Shown: one piece after another, positions 27,417 to 36,503 of the stretch
How positions within the stretch are numbered: position 1 is the first letter of the stretch
How the letters are laid out: each line of letters begins with the position of its first letter
Sequence record: NC_052659.1
DNA: 64,000 nt
Source of the DNA: Escherichia phage nieznany
Strand: one strand, 5' to 3'
Translations under genes and position numbers: made by a program
The notes under the pieces: model-generated
Told to the model about the DNA's origin: nothing
The model's input: only the letters and a program-made list of their open reading frames with translations
The model's database searches: none

Positions 27417-27830
27417 ATGCGTTCAACTTTCACTGGCAAAATAAATGCTGGTTTGATTTTTACAGCAGTAAGCATTCTTAGCAAAAAGTTTAAAGTTGTT
27501 AACCTACCTGTGTGTGTCGATTTTGATCATGTTTTTGATCCTTCGAACCCCACTCGTTGCATAGTAAGGAGTAATGTTGAAAACCCAACAGAAAATCTTT
27601 TTTATGTAACAAAACCATCTCAAAGCATACTTAACCAGGTTGAGGCGAAATTGATACCTAACGGTAAATATTACTCCTTTTTACCTTGTAAGTCGGTTGA
27701 AGTAGAGAATAGCAGTACTTTCGCTAACAACTTGTCTGTATTCGTTTTCTTTGTTTCGCACGAAGATGAAACAGATGAAATGGTAGCAACAGTGAGATCA
27801 CTTTATGACTCTTTAGGGGGTTGTTTATAG
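27417..27830 (+). CDS. hypothetical protein
   Basis: GAGGAG then ATG 27417. Confidence 0.4.
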   Translation: MRSTFTGKINAGLIFTAVSILSKKFKVVNLPVCVDFDHVFDPSNPTRCIVRSNVENPTENLFYVTKPSQSILNQVEAKLIPNGKYYSFLPCKSVEVENSSTFANNLSVFVFFVSHEDETDEMVATVRSLYDSLGGCL

Positions 27831-28000
27831 TCAACAAGTGTGCGAAAATAATAAAGCCTGTGTAGATTTCATTATCAACGGTATTTGTGTTTGTAGAGTA
27901 GAATCTTTTTGGCTGCACGATACATATGTGACTGTAGCAGAGGTTATATCTGAACCAAAATTTAGTCATGCGGTTTCGTTAATAATTTGAGGAGGAAGGA

Positions 28001-28330
28001 ATGGAAATTACTACAGAACAAGCCCTTATCGACGAGGGTCGTAAAATCTTAGAAAAGCATTTAGGGGAGATTCATAAAACTCCTGGCTATTTGGGTTGGA
28101 GAATTGTTGAAGCTGTAGATTTCCTTCCTCGTAACAGTAAAAGCGTCGAAATGCGATCTCTTTTCTTATTAGTAAAGGTGGATGGGGATACACCTTTTAA
28201 AGATGCCGCAGAGCATATTGAAAAAGTTGAAGAGAAAGCTTATGCAGAATTTGCAGATCTTGTTTTAGAACAAGAGATTGAAGGAAAGGTAAATATTTTT
28301 ATTTTCTTAGATTTTGAGGAGGATAAGTGA
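28001..28330 (+). CDS. hypothetical protein
   Basis: GGAGGAAGGA then ATG. Confidence 0.45.
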   Translation: MEITTEQALIDEGRKILEKHLGEIHKTPGYLGWRIVEAVDFLPRNSKSVEMRSLFLLVKVDGDTPFKDAAEHIEKVEEKAYAEFADLVLEQEIEGKVNIFIFLDFEEDK

Positions 28331-29070
28331 TCATACATAGAGAAATTACTGTTAAAAGCGATCAAGATCTTTTTATAATTGGAGATCTACATGGTTGTTA
28401 TAATTTGTATGAAAAAGGAAAGGCAAAGTTAGGTATCCGAGATACAGATGTGGTTGTATCTTTAGGAGATCTTACTGACCGTGGAAAGCAAAACTTTCGT
28501 TGTGTTTTAGAATTTACTCGTAAACACAATCGCTACGCTATTCGTGGAAATCATGAAGACATGATGATTAAAGGTATGCTGGAAGGAGATCGTAGCTACT
28601 TCGAGTGTTGGTATCAAAATGGAGGATATACAGTCCTTGAAGAATGTGGTGAAGAAGGAGCTACAGCCTTAGCAATGATGACAGAAGATTTACCTGTTGT
28701 TCTCATTGTTAACTACAGAGGCATGAAACTTGCGTTTATTCATGGTGGGTATCCATCTTCTTTGGAATATCTCCCTATAACAGATATTCCAGAATACACT
28801 TTGAAGATGACAAAAACACAAGAAAACCGTTTTGCTGAAGCACTTATGTGGGACAGAGATATGGTGGACTGTGCTAAAGAGGGAATGAAACTTCCTGTTG
28901 TGATGGGTGTGGACTATGTGTTTCATGGACACTCTTATGTAAAAACACCTATTATCAATGCGAATCGTGTTTATATGGATACTGGATCTGTGTTCAATAA
29001 TAACTTAACATTTGCTTATTTCGATATGGACGGTGGTCTTCAATTTTATTCAACTCTTGAGGAGGATTAA
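28327..29070 (+). CDS. Ser/Thr protein phosphatase (PPP-family metallophosphatase, lambda-phosphatase-like)
   Basis: GDLHGC, GDLTDRG, RGNHED motifs. Confidence 0.7.
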   Translation: MIIHREITVKSDQDLFIIGDLHGCYNLYEKGKAKLGIRDTDVVVSLGDLTDRGKQNFRCVLEFTRKHNRYAIRGNHEDMMIKGMLEGDRSYFECWYQNGGYTVLEECGEEGATALAMMTEDLPVVLIVNYRGMKLAFIHGGYPSSLEYLPITDIPEYTLKMTKTQENRFAEALMWDRDMVDCAKEGMKLPVVMGVDYVFHGHSYVKTPIINANRVYMDTGSVFNNNLTFAYFDMDGGLQFYSTLEED

Positions 29071-29378
29071 TGTATAAGATTACAATTATTCAAAGTGTAG
29101 GTAATATCCGTAAAGAAGTTATCTTAGAAACAGAAGATGTTAATCTTGTTCGTGAGATTGTTTTTAAGGAAGATAACCTGCAAGCTGTAGAATCGGATGC
29201 ACCGAATCTTATGGTGGATCAAGAATATTCTGAACTTCGTCGTATTTTTGAAGAGATTCAGAAGAAAGAAACACAACCTACCATAAAACCTTTTGGTCCT
29301 TATGATCCGAGCAATCCTAGCAGTCCTTGGATCATGAGAAATACAGAACCATATACACCTTTTGAAATTACTTGCTGA
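29070..29378 (+). CDS. hypothetical protein
   Basis: 102 aa ORF. Confidence 0.4.
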   Translation: MYKITIIQSVGNIRKEVILETEDVNLVREIVFKEDNLQAVESDAPNLMVDQEYSELRRIFEEIQKKETQPTIKPFGPYDPSNPSSPWIMRNTEPYTPFEITC

Positions 29379-29385
29379 GGTGTTT

Positions 29386-29967
29386 ATGGCAGAATTGTTT
29401 TATACGGGAGTTGGAAGTAGAGACATCTCCGAAGAAGAGTGGGCTTTGATGGTAGGCATAGGGAAATGGCTTTCCAACCTTGGATTTAAATTAAGGTCTG
29501 GGAAGGCAGAGGGTAGTGATTCTGCTTTTGAAACAGGTGTCCAAGAGTCTGAAAATCCTACCAACAAGGAGATTTATGTACCTTGGGAAAATTTCAAAGG
29601 TAATCAGATTCCAGGTGATGTTATTGTTCTTGCAAAACCAGATACAATGAACTATGCTATCTCTGTGCAATGGATCAAAGATGTTCACCCAGCTTATGAA
29701 AAGCTTAAGCAGGGCGCTAGAAAATTGCACCAACGTAATGTGCATCAGGTGTTAGGTAAAGATTTGGAGAATCCTGCTCCATCATGTTTCTTGTTGGCTT
29801 GTGCCGATACTGATAAACACGGAGATGCAAAAGGCGGAACAGCTACGGCTTGGAAGATAGCTAAAGCAAATAATGTTCCTTGTTTAAACATTCGTGGGAA
29901 AACAAAACAAGAGATTTACGATTTTCTACGACCTTTGGTAATGAGGGCAATAACAAGTGATTCCTAA
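29386..29967 (+). CDS. DprA/SLOG-like Rossmann-fold protein (tentative)
   Basis: TGVGSRDIS and SGKAEGSDSAFETG resemble DprA GTR...SGxAxGID motif. Confidence 0.35.
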   Translation: MAELFYTGVGSRDISEEEWALMVGIGKWLSNLGFKLRSGKAEGSDSAFETGVQESENPTNKEIYVPWENFKGNQIPGDVIVLAKPDTMNYAISVQWIKDVHPAYEKLKQGARKLHQRNVHQVLGKDLENPAPSCFLLACADTDKHGDAKGGTATAWKIAKANNVPCLNIRGKTKQEIYDFLRPLVMRAITSDS

Positions 29968-30469
29968 ACGTAAACGTGGTGAACAAAGAACAAACTTGGC
30001 AGAAATCTTAGATTACAACATGGTTAATGATGTGACAAAAGAAATTCTCCCTGTTGTAGAAGATATTCTTCATAGAGGGTTACGATTCTGCTTTGATCGG
30101 GTGCATTTCATGTGGACACATAAAAGTGACTCCGCTTTGAATTTCTATCCTTTGGACTATACTCTGAACAATACAGAGATGAAAGATATCAACAAATACT
30201 TAATGGGATATAAAGATATAACCGAAACTGTTCTTGGAGAATTAGCAGAAATCTTGGCTAACGATATCCTTAGAAATATTAATAAGGCTCTTGACAGAAG
30301 CCCAGCAGGAGTAGTAGTATCTTTTGCTGTGCCAGATATGGTTAAATATGAGTCTACAATACCTAATAAAGCTTATGCCTTTCTTCGGAGAGACGTTCGT
30401 GGAAATGTGTTGGAGATGGAGTCAAACTACAAAATTGAGGAGGTTTTATGGCAGAGTTCGGATCAGTAA
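29957..30469 (+). CDS. hypothetical protein
   Basis: 170 aa ORF. Confidence 0.45.
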   Translation: MIPKRKRGEQRTNLAEILDYNMVNDVTKEILPVVEDILHRGLRFCFDRVHFMWTHKSDSALNFYPLDYTLNNTEMKDINKYLMGYKDITETVLGELAEILANDILRNINKALDRSPAGVVVSFAVPDMVKYESTIPNKAYAFLRRDVRGNVLEMESNYKIEEVLWQSSDQ

Positions 30470-30738
30470 CAAGTTTTGAAAGTAACTTCGTTACCGCTTG
30501 GGAAGCTTGGGATGAAATGGGTGTTGGTGAACTTTATTTTTACAATGTAACACTACGCCCAGAGTATGCTTACCTGGTACCAGAAGGTACAGTTCAAATT
30601 GGTATGTATTTGTCTTCTCAAGACGGTGTTGTTCAATTTGAGTTTTATTCAAACACAACGGACAACGAATTTACATATCGTGCATTTCATGTCACCATGT
30701 CTTTAGGAGAGGAGAAATTTTATGACGACCAAGTTTAA
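30448..30738 (+). CDS. hypothetical protein
   Basis: 96 aa ORF. Confidence 0.4.
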   Translation: MAEFGSVTSFESNFVTAWEAWDEMGVGELYFYNVTLRPEYAYLVPEGTVQIGMYLSSQDGVVQFEFYSNTTDNEFTYRAFHVTMSLGEEKFYDDQV

Positions 30739-30919
30739 AACAGTAGAAGAAGCCGTAAAAGCAGCTTATGATGCTTTAGCGGAAGCAGAGCAGTTAGCAG
30801 ACGAGACTGGAGAAGGTTTCCGTTTCTCCCCTGAATATGGGATGGGTGGTTATTATGATCCAGAAGATGAAAATGAGAATACTGGGACAAATTGGCATCC
30901 ATCTTCTTTAAGTTGTTAA
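30722..30919 (+). CDS. small acidic protein ending in WHPSSLSC (paralog family, C-terminal Cys)
   Basis: Shares C-terminal motif with 31206..31424 and 31434..31706. Confidence 0.4.
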   Translation: MTTKFKTVEEAVKAAYDALAEAEQLADETGEGFRFSPEYGMGGYYDPEDENENTGTNWHPSSLSC

Positions 30920-30930
30920 TAGGAGGTAAA

Positions 30931-31206
30931 GTGGGAATCGAAGATATCAAAGGTTATAAGGCGCATACTGACGATAAGATTGGCAAGGTTAACGCTATTA
31001 AAGATGCAGAAGAGCGTTTAGGTTTAATCTTCAAAGCTTTAGAGGAAGAGTATTGTGAAGCATATCATGGGTCTTTTGACGGCACAGAAAAAGAATTAGA
31101 TGTTGCATACGAGCGTATTGATCAAATCCGTTGTGCTATTAAACATTTAAAAGAAGCTAGTATGTGGGCTTGTCGTTCAGTTTTCCAACCGGAGGAGAAA
31201 TACTAA
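30931..31206 (+). CDS. hypothetical protein (GTG start)
   Basis: AGGAGG then GTG 30931. Confidence 0.35.
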   Translation: MGIEDIKGYKAHTDDKIGKVNAIKDAEERLGLIFKALEEEYCEAYHGSFDGTEKELDVAYERIDQIRCAIKHLKEASMWACRSVFQPEEKY

Positions 31207-31424
31207 TGAGTGATCGTAATGTTGAAGAATTAACTGAAAAAGCCCAAGCTATTATGGCTTTAGTGGACGAACTTACAAAAGAAGCTGAAGATGCTGGTTT
31301 TGGTCTTAGTTTAGAAGATAACGCAATCTGTTTTGAGGATTGGCAATCCTCTTCTTGTTATGGTGAAGGTGATGATGGTTTCGTCGTTAATTCTCAAGGC
31401 GTTTGGCACAGTAGTAGCTGTTAA
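31206..31424 (+). CDS. small acidic protein ending in WHSSSC (paralog family)
   Basis: GGAGGAG then ATG 31206. Confidence 0.4.
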   Translation: MSDRNVEELTEKAQAIMALVDELTKEAEDAGFGLSLEDNAICFEDWQSSSCYGEGDDGFVVNSQGVWHSSSC

Positions 31425-31433
31425 GGAGAGATT

Positions 31434-31706
31434 GTGGAGTCTGAAGGCGAACTGCTGATAAAAAAGAAAGTTAAAGAGATGGAACAAGCACAAAGAAAGT
31501 TTCGTAAGGAAATCGAAGAACTTTGTGAACAGTTTCAGGAACAAGCTTGGATAGGTGACTACGGTAACGGAGAAACTTATTACCCTACAGGAACGCCAGC
31601 CGCAGATCACTATATTGATTTCATTTGTGAAGATTATGGTGTAGAGTTGGATGAAAATGGTTTAACCACAAGAGGTGTTTGGATCTCTTCTTCCTCAATG
31701 TGTTAG
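31434..31706 (+). CDS. small acidic protein ending in WISSSSMC (paralog family)
   Basis: 90 aa ORF. Confidence 0.4.
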   Translation: MESEGELLIKKKVKEMEQAQRKFRKEIEELCEQFQEQAWIGDYGNGETYYPTGTPAADHYIDFICEDYGVELDENGLTTRGVWISSSSMC

Positions 31707-31726
31707 TAAATAATAACCCGCTTCGG

Positions 31727-31776
31727 CGGGTTTTTTATTGACAGAAATCTGGAAGCTTGATAAACTTAACCTATCA
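31727..31776 (+). promoter_or_regulatory. terminator hairpin CCCGCTTCGGCGGG + T6 followed by promoter TTGACA-17-TAAACT
   Basis: Seen in sequence. Confidence 0.5.
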
Positions 31777-31796
31777 ACCAATAGAGGAGAAATATT

Positions 31797-32738
31797 ATGG
31801 TGTTAATTGGTAGCCGTGCATTACAAATTCATGCTATGGATATGGGAAAAGACTTGTATCGCCCTTGTGTAGATTTAGATTACCTCTGTACAGAACAAGA
31901 ATGGGAAGAATTATCAAAAATGTTCTCTCAAGATGAGTTTGTTGAACTTGTAGAGCGTAAAGGGAACAAGGGCCATGTCAAAATGATAGCTGGTGCACAT
32001 TTGGAATACGATATTGCTTCTCAAGGAGATAGCACAGAAGCTTTGATTAGTTATTGTGAAGACTCTGATGATATTCGTCGAACTTACGCTGGACACGTTG
32101 TTGCTCCTTTAGATGTGCTCTACCTTCTTAAAATGAGTCATCGTTTTAAAAAGGATAGTCCTCACTTCTTTAAAACTATGAAAGATATTCATTTCATGCG
32201 ATCACTAGGCGCAAAGATCCCAGAAAATCTTAAGAGTATTTATGAGTTGCGTGAGAAAGAAACATACACTTACTCTCATCCAAACTTAAACGTGAGAAGT
32301 AAAGACTTCTTTAAAGGTGATGAGGTTCCGTATGTTTATGATCATGACTCTATTCATGAAGCAATCGCAGTAATGGATGCTCCAGCATATAAATCTTATA
32401 TGAAAGATGGAAGTGAAGTTATGACCAGCAAAGAAAAGTTTTTTGCTCAACCAAAACATGTGCGCCTGTTAGGTGTTTATGAAGAAGCGTGTGTTTTGGC
32501 TTTGGAACGTTCACAAATTCCTTTCGGTGAAGAGATCGGAGGTCCAACCCCTAAGCAAAGTTTTATGATGGCTTTATCTAAAGTTTGCACATCTATCACT
32601 AGTGGTTGGTTTAGGGAATATGCTTGGGAGAACTTTTATATTGTTACTAAACTATATGAAAACATGGGTGAAAACGACTATGTTGAACGTTTTAAAGCTA
32701 ATCGACATGTAGTTAAGCCTTTTGAAGGAGGTTATTAA
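31797..32738 (+). CDS. hypothetical protein; possible nucleotidyltransferase-fold (GS...DxD) - weak
   Basis: N-terminal LIGSRALQ...CVDLDYL loosely resembles a minimal NTase motif; 313 aa. Confidence 0.4.
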   Translation: MVLIGSRALQIHAMDMGKDLYRPCVDLDYLCTEQEWEELSKMFSQDEFVELVERKGNKGHVKMIAGAHLEYDIASQGDSTEALISYCEDSDDIRRTYAGHVVAPLDVLYLLKMSHRFKKDSPHFFKTMKDIHFMRSLGAKIPENLKSIYELREKETYTYSHPNLNVRSKDFFKGDEVPYVYDHDSIHEAIAVMDAPAYKSYMKDGSEVMTSKEKFFAQPKHVRLLGVYEEACVLALERSQIPFGEEIGGPTPKQSFMMALSKVCTSITSGWFREYAWENFYIVTKLYENMGENDYVERFKANRHVVKPFEGGY

Positions 32739-32739
32739 T

Positions 32740-33135
32740 ATGTGTGGATATCTTTCAGAAAGTTATTTCAAAGTGACGCATGAGGATTTAGAAAAAGCAC
32801 GATTGAAATTGACAGCTATTATTGAATACTCTAATACTGTTGATCACAGATTAAAGACTACTAAAGTATCTGTTCCTTGTTGGTTAGGTTTACGGCATAA
32901 AACAATGTCTCAACATGATCATGTTGTTCGAGAGATGCATGGTTGGTGTTGGTTTCACGATGTGGCTTTGCATTTTGGTTATATTACAGAAGAAGAACAT
33001 AGATTCTGTGAACTAACGTATCGTATTCCAACCCTTCACGATCTAGATTTGTGGAAGAAAGCAAACGAGATTTTTCTTACAGAAAGTGATTGGCGTAAAG
33101 TTATGGCTTGTCTTGAATGGAGGGGTAATGAGTAA
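32740..33135 (+). CDS. hypothetical protein
   Basis: GAAGGAGG then ATG 32740. Confidence 0.4.
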   Translation: MCGYLSESYFKVTHEDLEKARLKLTAIIEYSNTVDHRLKTTKVSVPCWLGLRHKTMSQHDHVVREMHGWCWFHDVALHFGYITEEEHRFCELTYRIPTLHDLDLWKKANEIFLTESDWRKVMACLEWRGNE

Positions 33136-33811
33136 AACAGTTTTGTCTATGTTTGACGGATCTGGGATCATGGTGTTACGTTATGCTGAAGCAGGTCACA
33201 AGTGTTTTTGTGTAAACGCTGATGAAGGGGACCACGGTAAATACGAGGTTAGGATGGAGCACCCAAACATAACCTATGTGAATGCTTGGATAGATTCTAC
33301 ATTCAACCCTGAAGATCATGGAATACCTAAACCCGATATTATTTTTGGATTTCCACCTTGCACTATGTTAGCAGGTAGTGGTAGCAAACACGAACGCAGC
33401 ACAGAGGAATTAGATGAAGCTTTAGCTAATATTCGTGTAGTGGAAGCTTTGGGTAACAAATACAATGTTCCTTGGATGATTGAGAACCCAGTAGGTAAAC
33501 TTTCAACCTTATGGCGTAAACCCGATTTTTACTTTGATCCTTATGAGTATGGTGGGTATTTGTTTGAAGAGGAAGGAAGCTTTCATCCTAAAATGCCTAC
33601 CCGCGATGGGTATACAAAGAAAACTTGTATTTGGCACGGGAATGGTTTTGTTCAACCAGTGAAGAAACCAGTAGATCATATAGGCTGCTTCTGGGGTTGG
33701 AAAAGCTTAGGCGGAGCTAGTGCAAAAACAAAACAACTTAGATCACTAACCGCACGTGGTTTTGCTCGTGCAGTGTTTTTGTCTAACAATCTTCTAGATA
33801 AGGAGAAATAA
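33128..33811 (+). CDS. minimal C5-cytosine methyltransferase-like protein (catalytic core motifs, no obvious target-recognition domain)
   Basis: Motif I FDGSG, motif IV GFPPC, motif VI ENP(V)G in canonical order within about 130 aa; total only about 227 aa. Confidence 0.45.
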   Translation: MSKTVLSMFDGSGIMVLRYAEAGHKCFCVNADEGDHGKYEVRMEHPNITYVNAWIDSTFNPEDHGIPKPDIIFGFPPCTMLAGSGSKHERSTEELDEALANIRVVEALGNKYNVPWMIENPVGKLSTLWRKPDFYFDPYEYGGYLFEEEGSFHPKMPTRDGYTKKTCIWHGNGFVQPVKKPVDHIGCFWGWKSLGGASAKTKQLRSLTARGFARAVFLSNNLLDKEK

Positions 33812-34464
33812 TGTCAAATTCCAAACCAGTAGTTGCTTATCAAGTAGATCGTAATGATGGTGAAGGAAGTGTTGTTATTTTCAGTACACACGGTCTTGAG
33901 GCTCGTCGAAAAGGTGCGTATCGTTTAGAATGTGAGTTTGAAGACTGCACAAGCCACCGTGTCAAACAATTTGATCAATATGCAGATAAAGGTTTTGTCC
34001 CTATCAAAGCCTTGCTGGAAGATGGTTGGTGGGTATATTCCGCTTTTGACTACTCAAAGTTGGAGGAGTCAGCTTCGTGCGCATCCGAGATCGAATATGA
34101 TGATTACTATGACACTCTCTACCTTCCAGAATGGCTTGTCTTTTCCCCTGATGAGAGAAGCGTCTGGAAAACTTGGGAAGAAATGGAGAGACATGCATAT
34201 AGCATCAATGAAGCCTTAGATCGTAAAGCTTGGTTTATTGAGGCAGTAAAGGCGGCATACCCTCAATTTTCATTCTGTGATTTCACTGGTGGCCCAGGGT
34301 ACATTACACATACAGCCTCTTTTGAGTTCCCTGGTTCACGTTATAAAGGTAACGTTTATTGGGATTGGGATGAAAATAAACAACCTTCGGCTCAAGACTT
34401 CCGTTGCTATGTTTGCCAAGGTGATCAAGAAGCCCTTGACAAATACCTACAAAGTCTGGTATAG
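33811..34464 (+). CDS. hypothetical protein
   Basis: 217 aa ORF, TAATG overlap. Confidence 0.45.
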   Translation: MSNSKPVVAYQVDRNDGEGSVVIFSTHGLEARRKGAYRLECEFEDCTSHRVKQFDQYADKGFVPIKALLEDGWWVYSAFDYSKLEESASCASEIEYDDYYDTLYLPEWLVFSPDERSVWKTWEEMERHAYSINEALDRKAWFIEAVKAAYPQFSFCDFTGGPGYITHTASFEFPGSRYKGNVYWDWDENKQPSAQDFRCYVCQGDQEALDKYLQSLV

Positions 34465-34522
34465 TGCCAACATCTGAACAAAGCCTCCTGTTTCAGGGGG
34501 CTTTTCTTTTATAGGAGGGAAT

Positions 34523-34996
34523 ATGTTTCAAGTAAATGTCAATGTGCATAATAGTTACTCTGATTGTGAGACGTGTGGCTATAATTCATCTAATGTTGTT
34601 CGTATTAGTGGCGATTTAGGAGAAGCTTCTTTTGGAGAAGAAGCAAGTTGCTTTAGTGGTATGGATGCAGAATGGAACGATATTGCACATTGGTTGGTGA
34701 GCAAACTAAAAGAAAAAGAGAAACCATTTCCTACTCTGCTTGATCGTTCTCTTGTAGAAGATGCAGGTAAAGCATATGCAGACTATGCGTATGCAGACGG
34801 GAAATATTTGGAAGATGATAAGGCTAACCATTTGCTTTATGTTTACTATGAAGCTGAATCTGCCTACGATAATTATTATAGCATGTCTAACATCCTACGT
34901 CTGTTTGCAGAGTTTGATATTTATTTCGAAGTAGAATTTTCAGAAGATGATACTTACGAATATGATTCTTATGATCCATTTGAGGAGGACGAATAA
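34523..34996 (+). CDS. hypothetical highly acidic protein
   Basis: 157 aa ORF, D/E/Y-rich C-terminus. Confidence 0.45.
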   Translation: MFQVNVNVHNSYSDCETCGYNSSNVVRISGDLGEASFGEEASCFSGMDAEWNDIAHWLVSKLKEKEKPFPTLLDRSLVEDAGKAYADYAYADGKYLEDDKANHLLYVYYEAESAYDNYYSMSNILRLFAEFDIYFEVEFSEDDTYEYDSYDPFEEDE

Positions 34997-35796
34997 TGCC
35001 AAGACGTGTATATTTTATTAGTGGTGCGGGACTAAGTGCTGACAGCGGAATCCAAACATTTCGCACAGAAACAGATTCTGGAAAGGCATTATGGGATGAA
35101 TACGATTTAACAGAAGTCTGTGACATTTTCAACTTCCGTGACGGTTATCAGCAAGAACAGGGTATTCCTGATGCTATGGGTGGCTTAGATGTGGAAGGAT
35201 ATAACCTCTACCGTAAAACTCACGACTTCTACAATAAACGTCGCGTGGAATTAGAGAAAGTTGACCCGAATCCAGCACATCTTCAGATTGGAGAATGGTT
35301 CGAAAAATACGGTGCAGAAAGGATTATTAACATTACTACTAACGTTGACGATCTATTAGAACGCGCTGGAATCGATAGAGAAGAAATATTGCACGTTCAT
35401 GGTTTCTTGCCAGAAGTTGTTGTTGATAACAAAATTATCAAAGATGTGGGTTACGCAGCTATTGATGTAGACGATTACAAATATGTGAAGCCTAATGTGG
35501 TGTTTTTTGGTGAGAATGCACCACTCTACACAGACATGTATCACAAACTGGATCAACTAACATCACAAGATATGGTTATCGTTGTAGGCTGCTCTAACCA
35601 AGTAATCAACTTCAACTGGGAACTCTTCCCTGCCCTGAATATTGGGGTTAAGATGGTTGTAGTTAACCCAGGTTTGAATTTTGTAGAACAAACTCTCTAC
35701 GAAGAACGTGGAGTGCTTGTCTACCGAGAGAAAGCAGGAACAGTCTTCAGTGATGAAGGCTTTATCAAAATGGTTGAAGACCATTTAAACAAATAA
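34996..35796 (+). CDS. Sir2 (sirtuin)-family NAD-dependent protein, lacking the zinc-ribbon cysteines
   Basis: GAGLSADSGIQTFR (GAGIS..GIPxFR), TTNVDDLLERAG (TQNID), catalytic HVHG, VVFFGE, VVGCS. Confidence 0.7.
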   Translation: MPRRVYFISGAGLSADSGIQTFRTETDSGKALWDEYDLTEVCDIFNFRDGYQQEQGIPDAMGGLDVEGYNLYRKTHDFYNKRRVELEKVDPNPAHLQIGEWFEKYGAERIINITTNVDDLLERAGIDREEILHVHGFLPEVVVDNKIIKDVGYAAIDVDDYKYVKPNVVFFGENAPLYTDMYHKLDQLTSQDMVIVVGCSNQVINFNWELFPALNIGVKMVVVNPGLNFVEQTLYEERGVLVYREKAGTVFSDEGFIKMVEDHLNK

Positions 35797-35804
35797 ACCA
35801 CTCA

Positions 35805-35822
35805 AGGGGCTTCGGCCCCTTT
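35805..35822 (+). terminator. UUCG-tetraloop hairpin AAGGGGCTTCGGCCCCTT
   Basis: Seen in sequence. Confidence 0.45.
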
Positions 35823-35839
35823 CTTATTAGGAGAATAAA

Positions 35840-36112
35840 ATGACTGAAGAAATCCGTGATTACTACCTTGCACATTACGTTTACTACTTTGCTAATGCTA
35901 CACAAAAAGGGGAAGGTAATCTTTACTTGGCAACAGGACATGGAACAGGTGTTAGGAAATCAAATATTGATAATGCCTTGGCTCAAGTAGCTGCGGGGCT
36001 AGAAGATAAACTTCAAACACCTGTAGTTGCAGTGATGCAAAATATAAGTTACCTAGCAAGTTGTACTGAAACCGAATTTAACGCATCTGAAACGCAATCT
36101 AACGAAGAATAA
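35840..36112 (+). CDS. hypothetical protein
   Basis: 90 aa ORF. Confidence 0.4.
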   Translation: MTEEIRDYYLAHYVYYFANATQKGEGNLYLATGHGTGVRKSNIDNALAQVAAGLEDKLQTPVVAVMQNISYLASCTETEFNASETQSNEE

Positions 36113-36115
36113 AAC

Positions 36116-36140
36116 AAAGGCACCCAAGTGGGTGCCTTTT
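36116..36140. terminator. bidirectional terminator hairpin AAAGGCACCCAAGTGGGTGCCTTTT at the convergence of plus and minus blocks
   Basis: Seen in sequence; flanked by A/T tracts on both sides. Confidence 0.6.
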
Positions 36141-36181
36141 CTATTTTAGAGCGTCTCTGTTCGATTTAGGTGGGTTCTAGC

Positions 36182-36412
36182 TTACTTGTGCAGTGCTCTC
36201 TCGTATAACTCAACAATCAATTCATCCTCTACTGTAATACGCGCCATTTGATCCGTCTTAAGAATTGTTGGTTGGTAGTGATGCATTTCACTATTAATAC
36301 TACAATCCCATTCATCATTACCTAAATACTCTCCTACATGAATCTTAACCATAAACGGAAACGGGTTATCTACCAAAAATGCCATACAACCTTCTTCGAT
36401 TTTATTTAACAC
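36182..36412 (-). CDS. hypothetical protein
   Basis: 76 aa ORF. Confidence 0.4.
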   Translation of the reverse strand: MLNKIEEGCMAFLVDNPFPFMVKIHVGEYLGNDEWDCSINSEMHHYQPTILKTDQMARITVEDELIVELYERALHK

Positions 36413-36503
36413 ACGACCTCCTATTGCTACAGATATGAAAAAACCCGCCGAAGCGGGTTCTATTGCTACGATAGAATCACTATCCTATAGTATTGTTTCT
36501 GTG

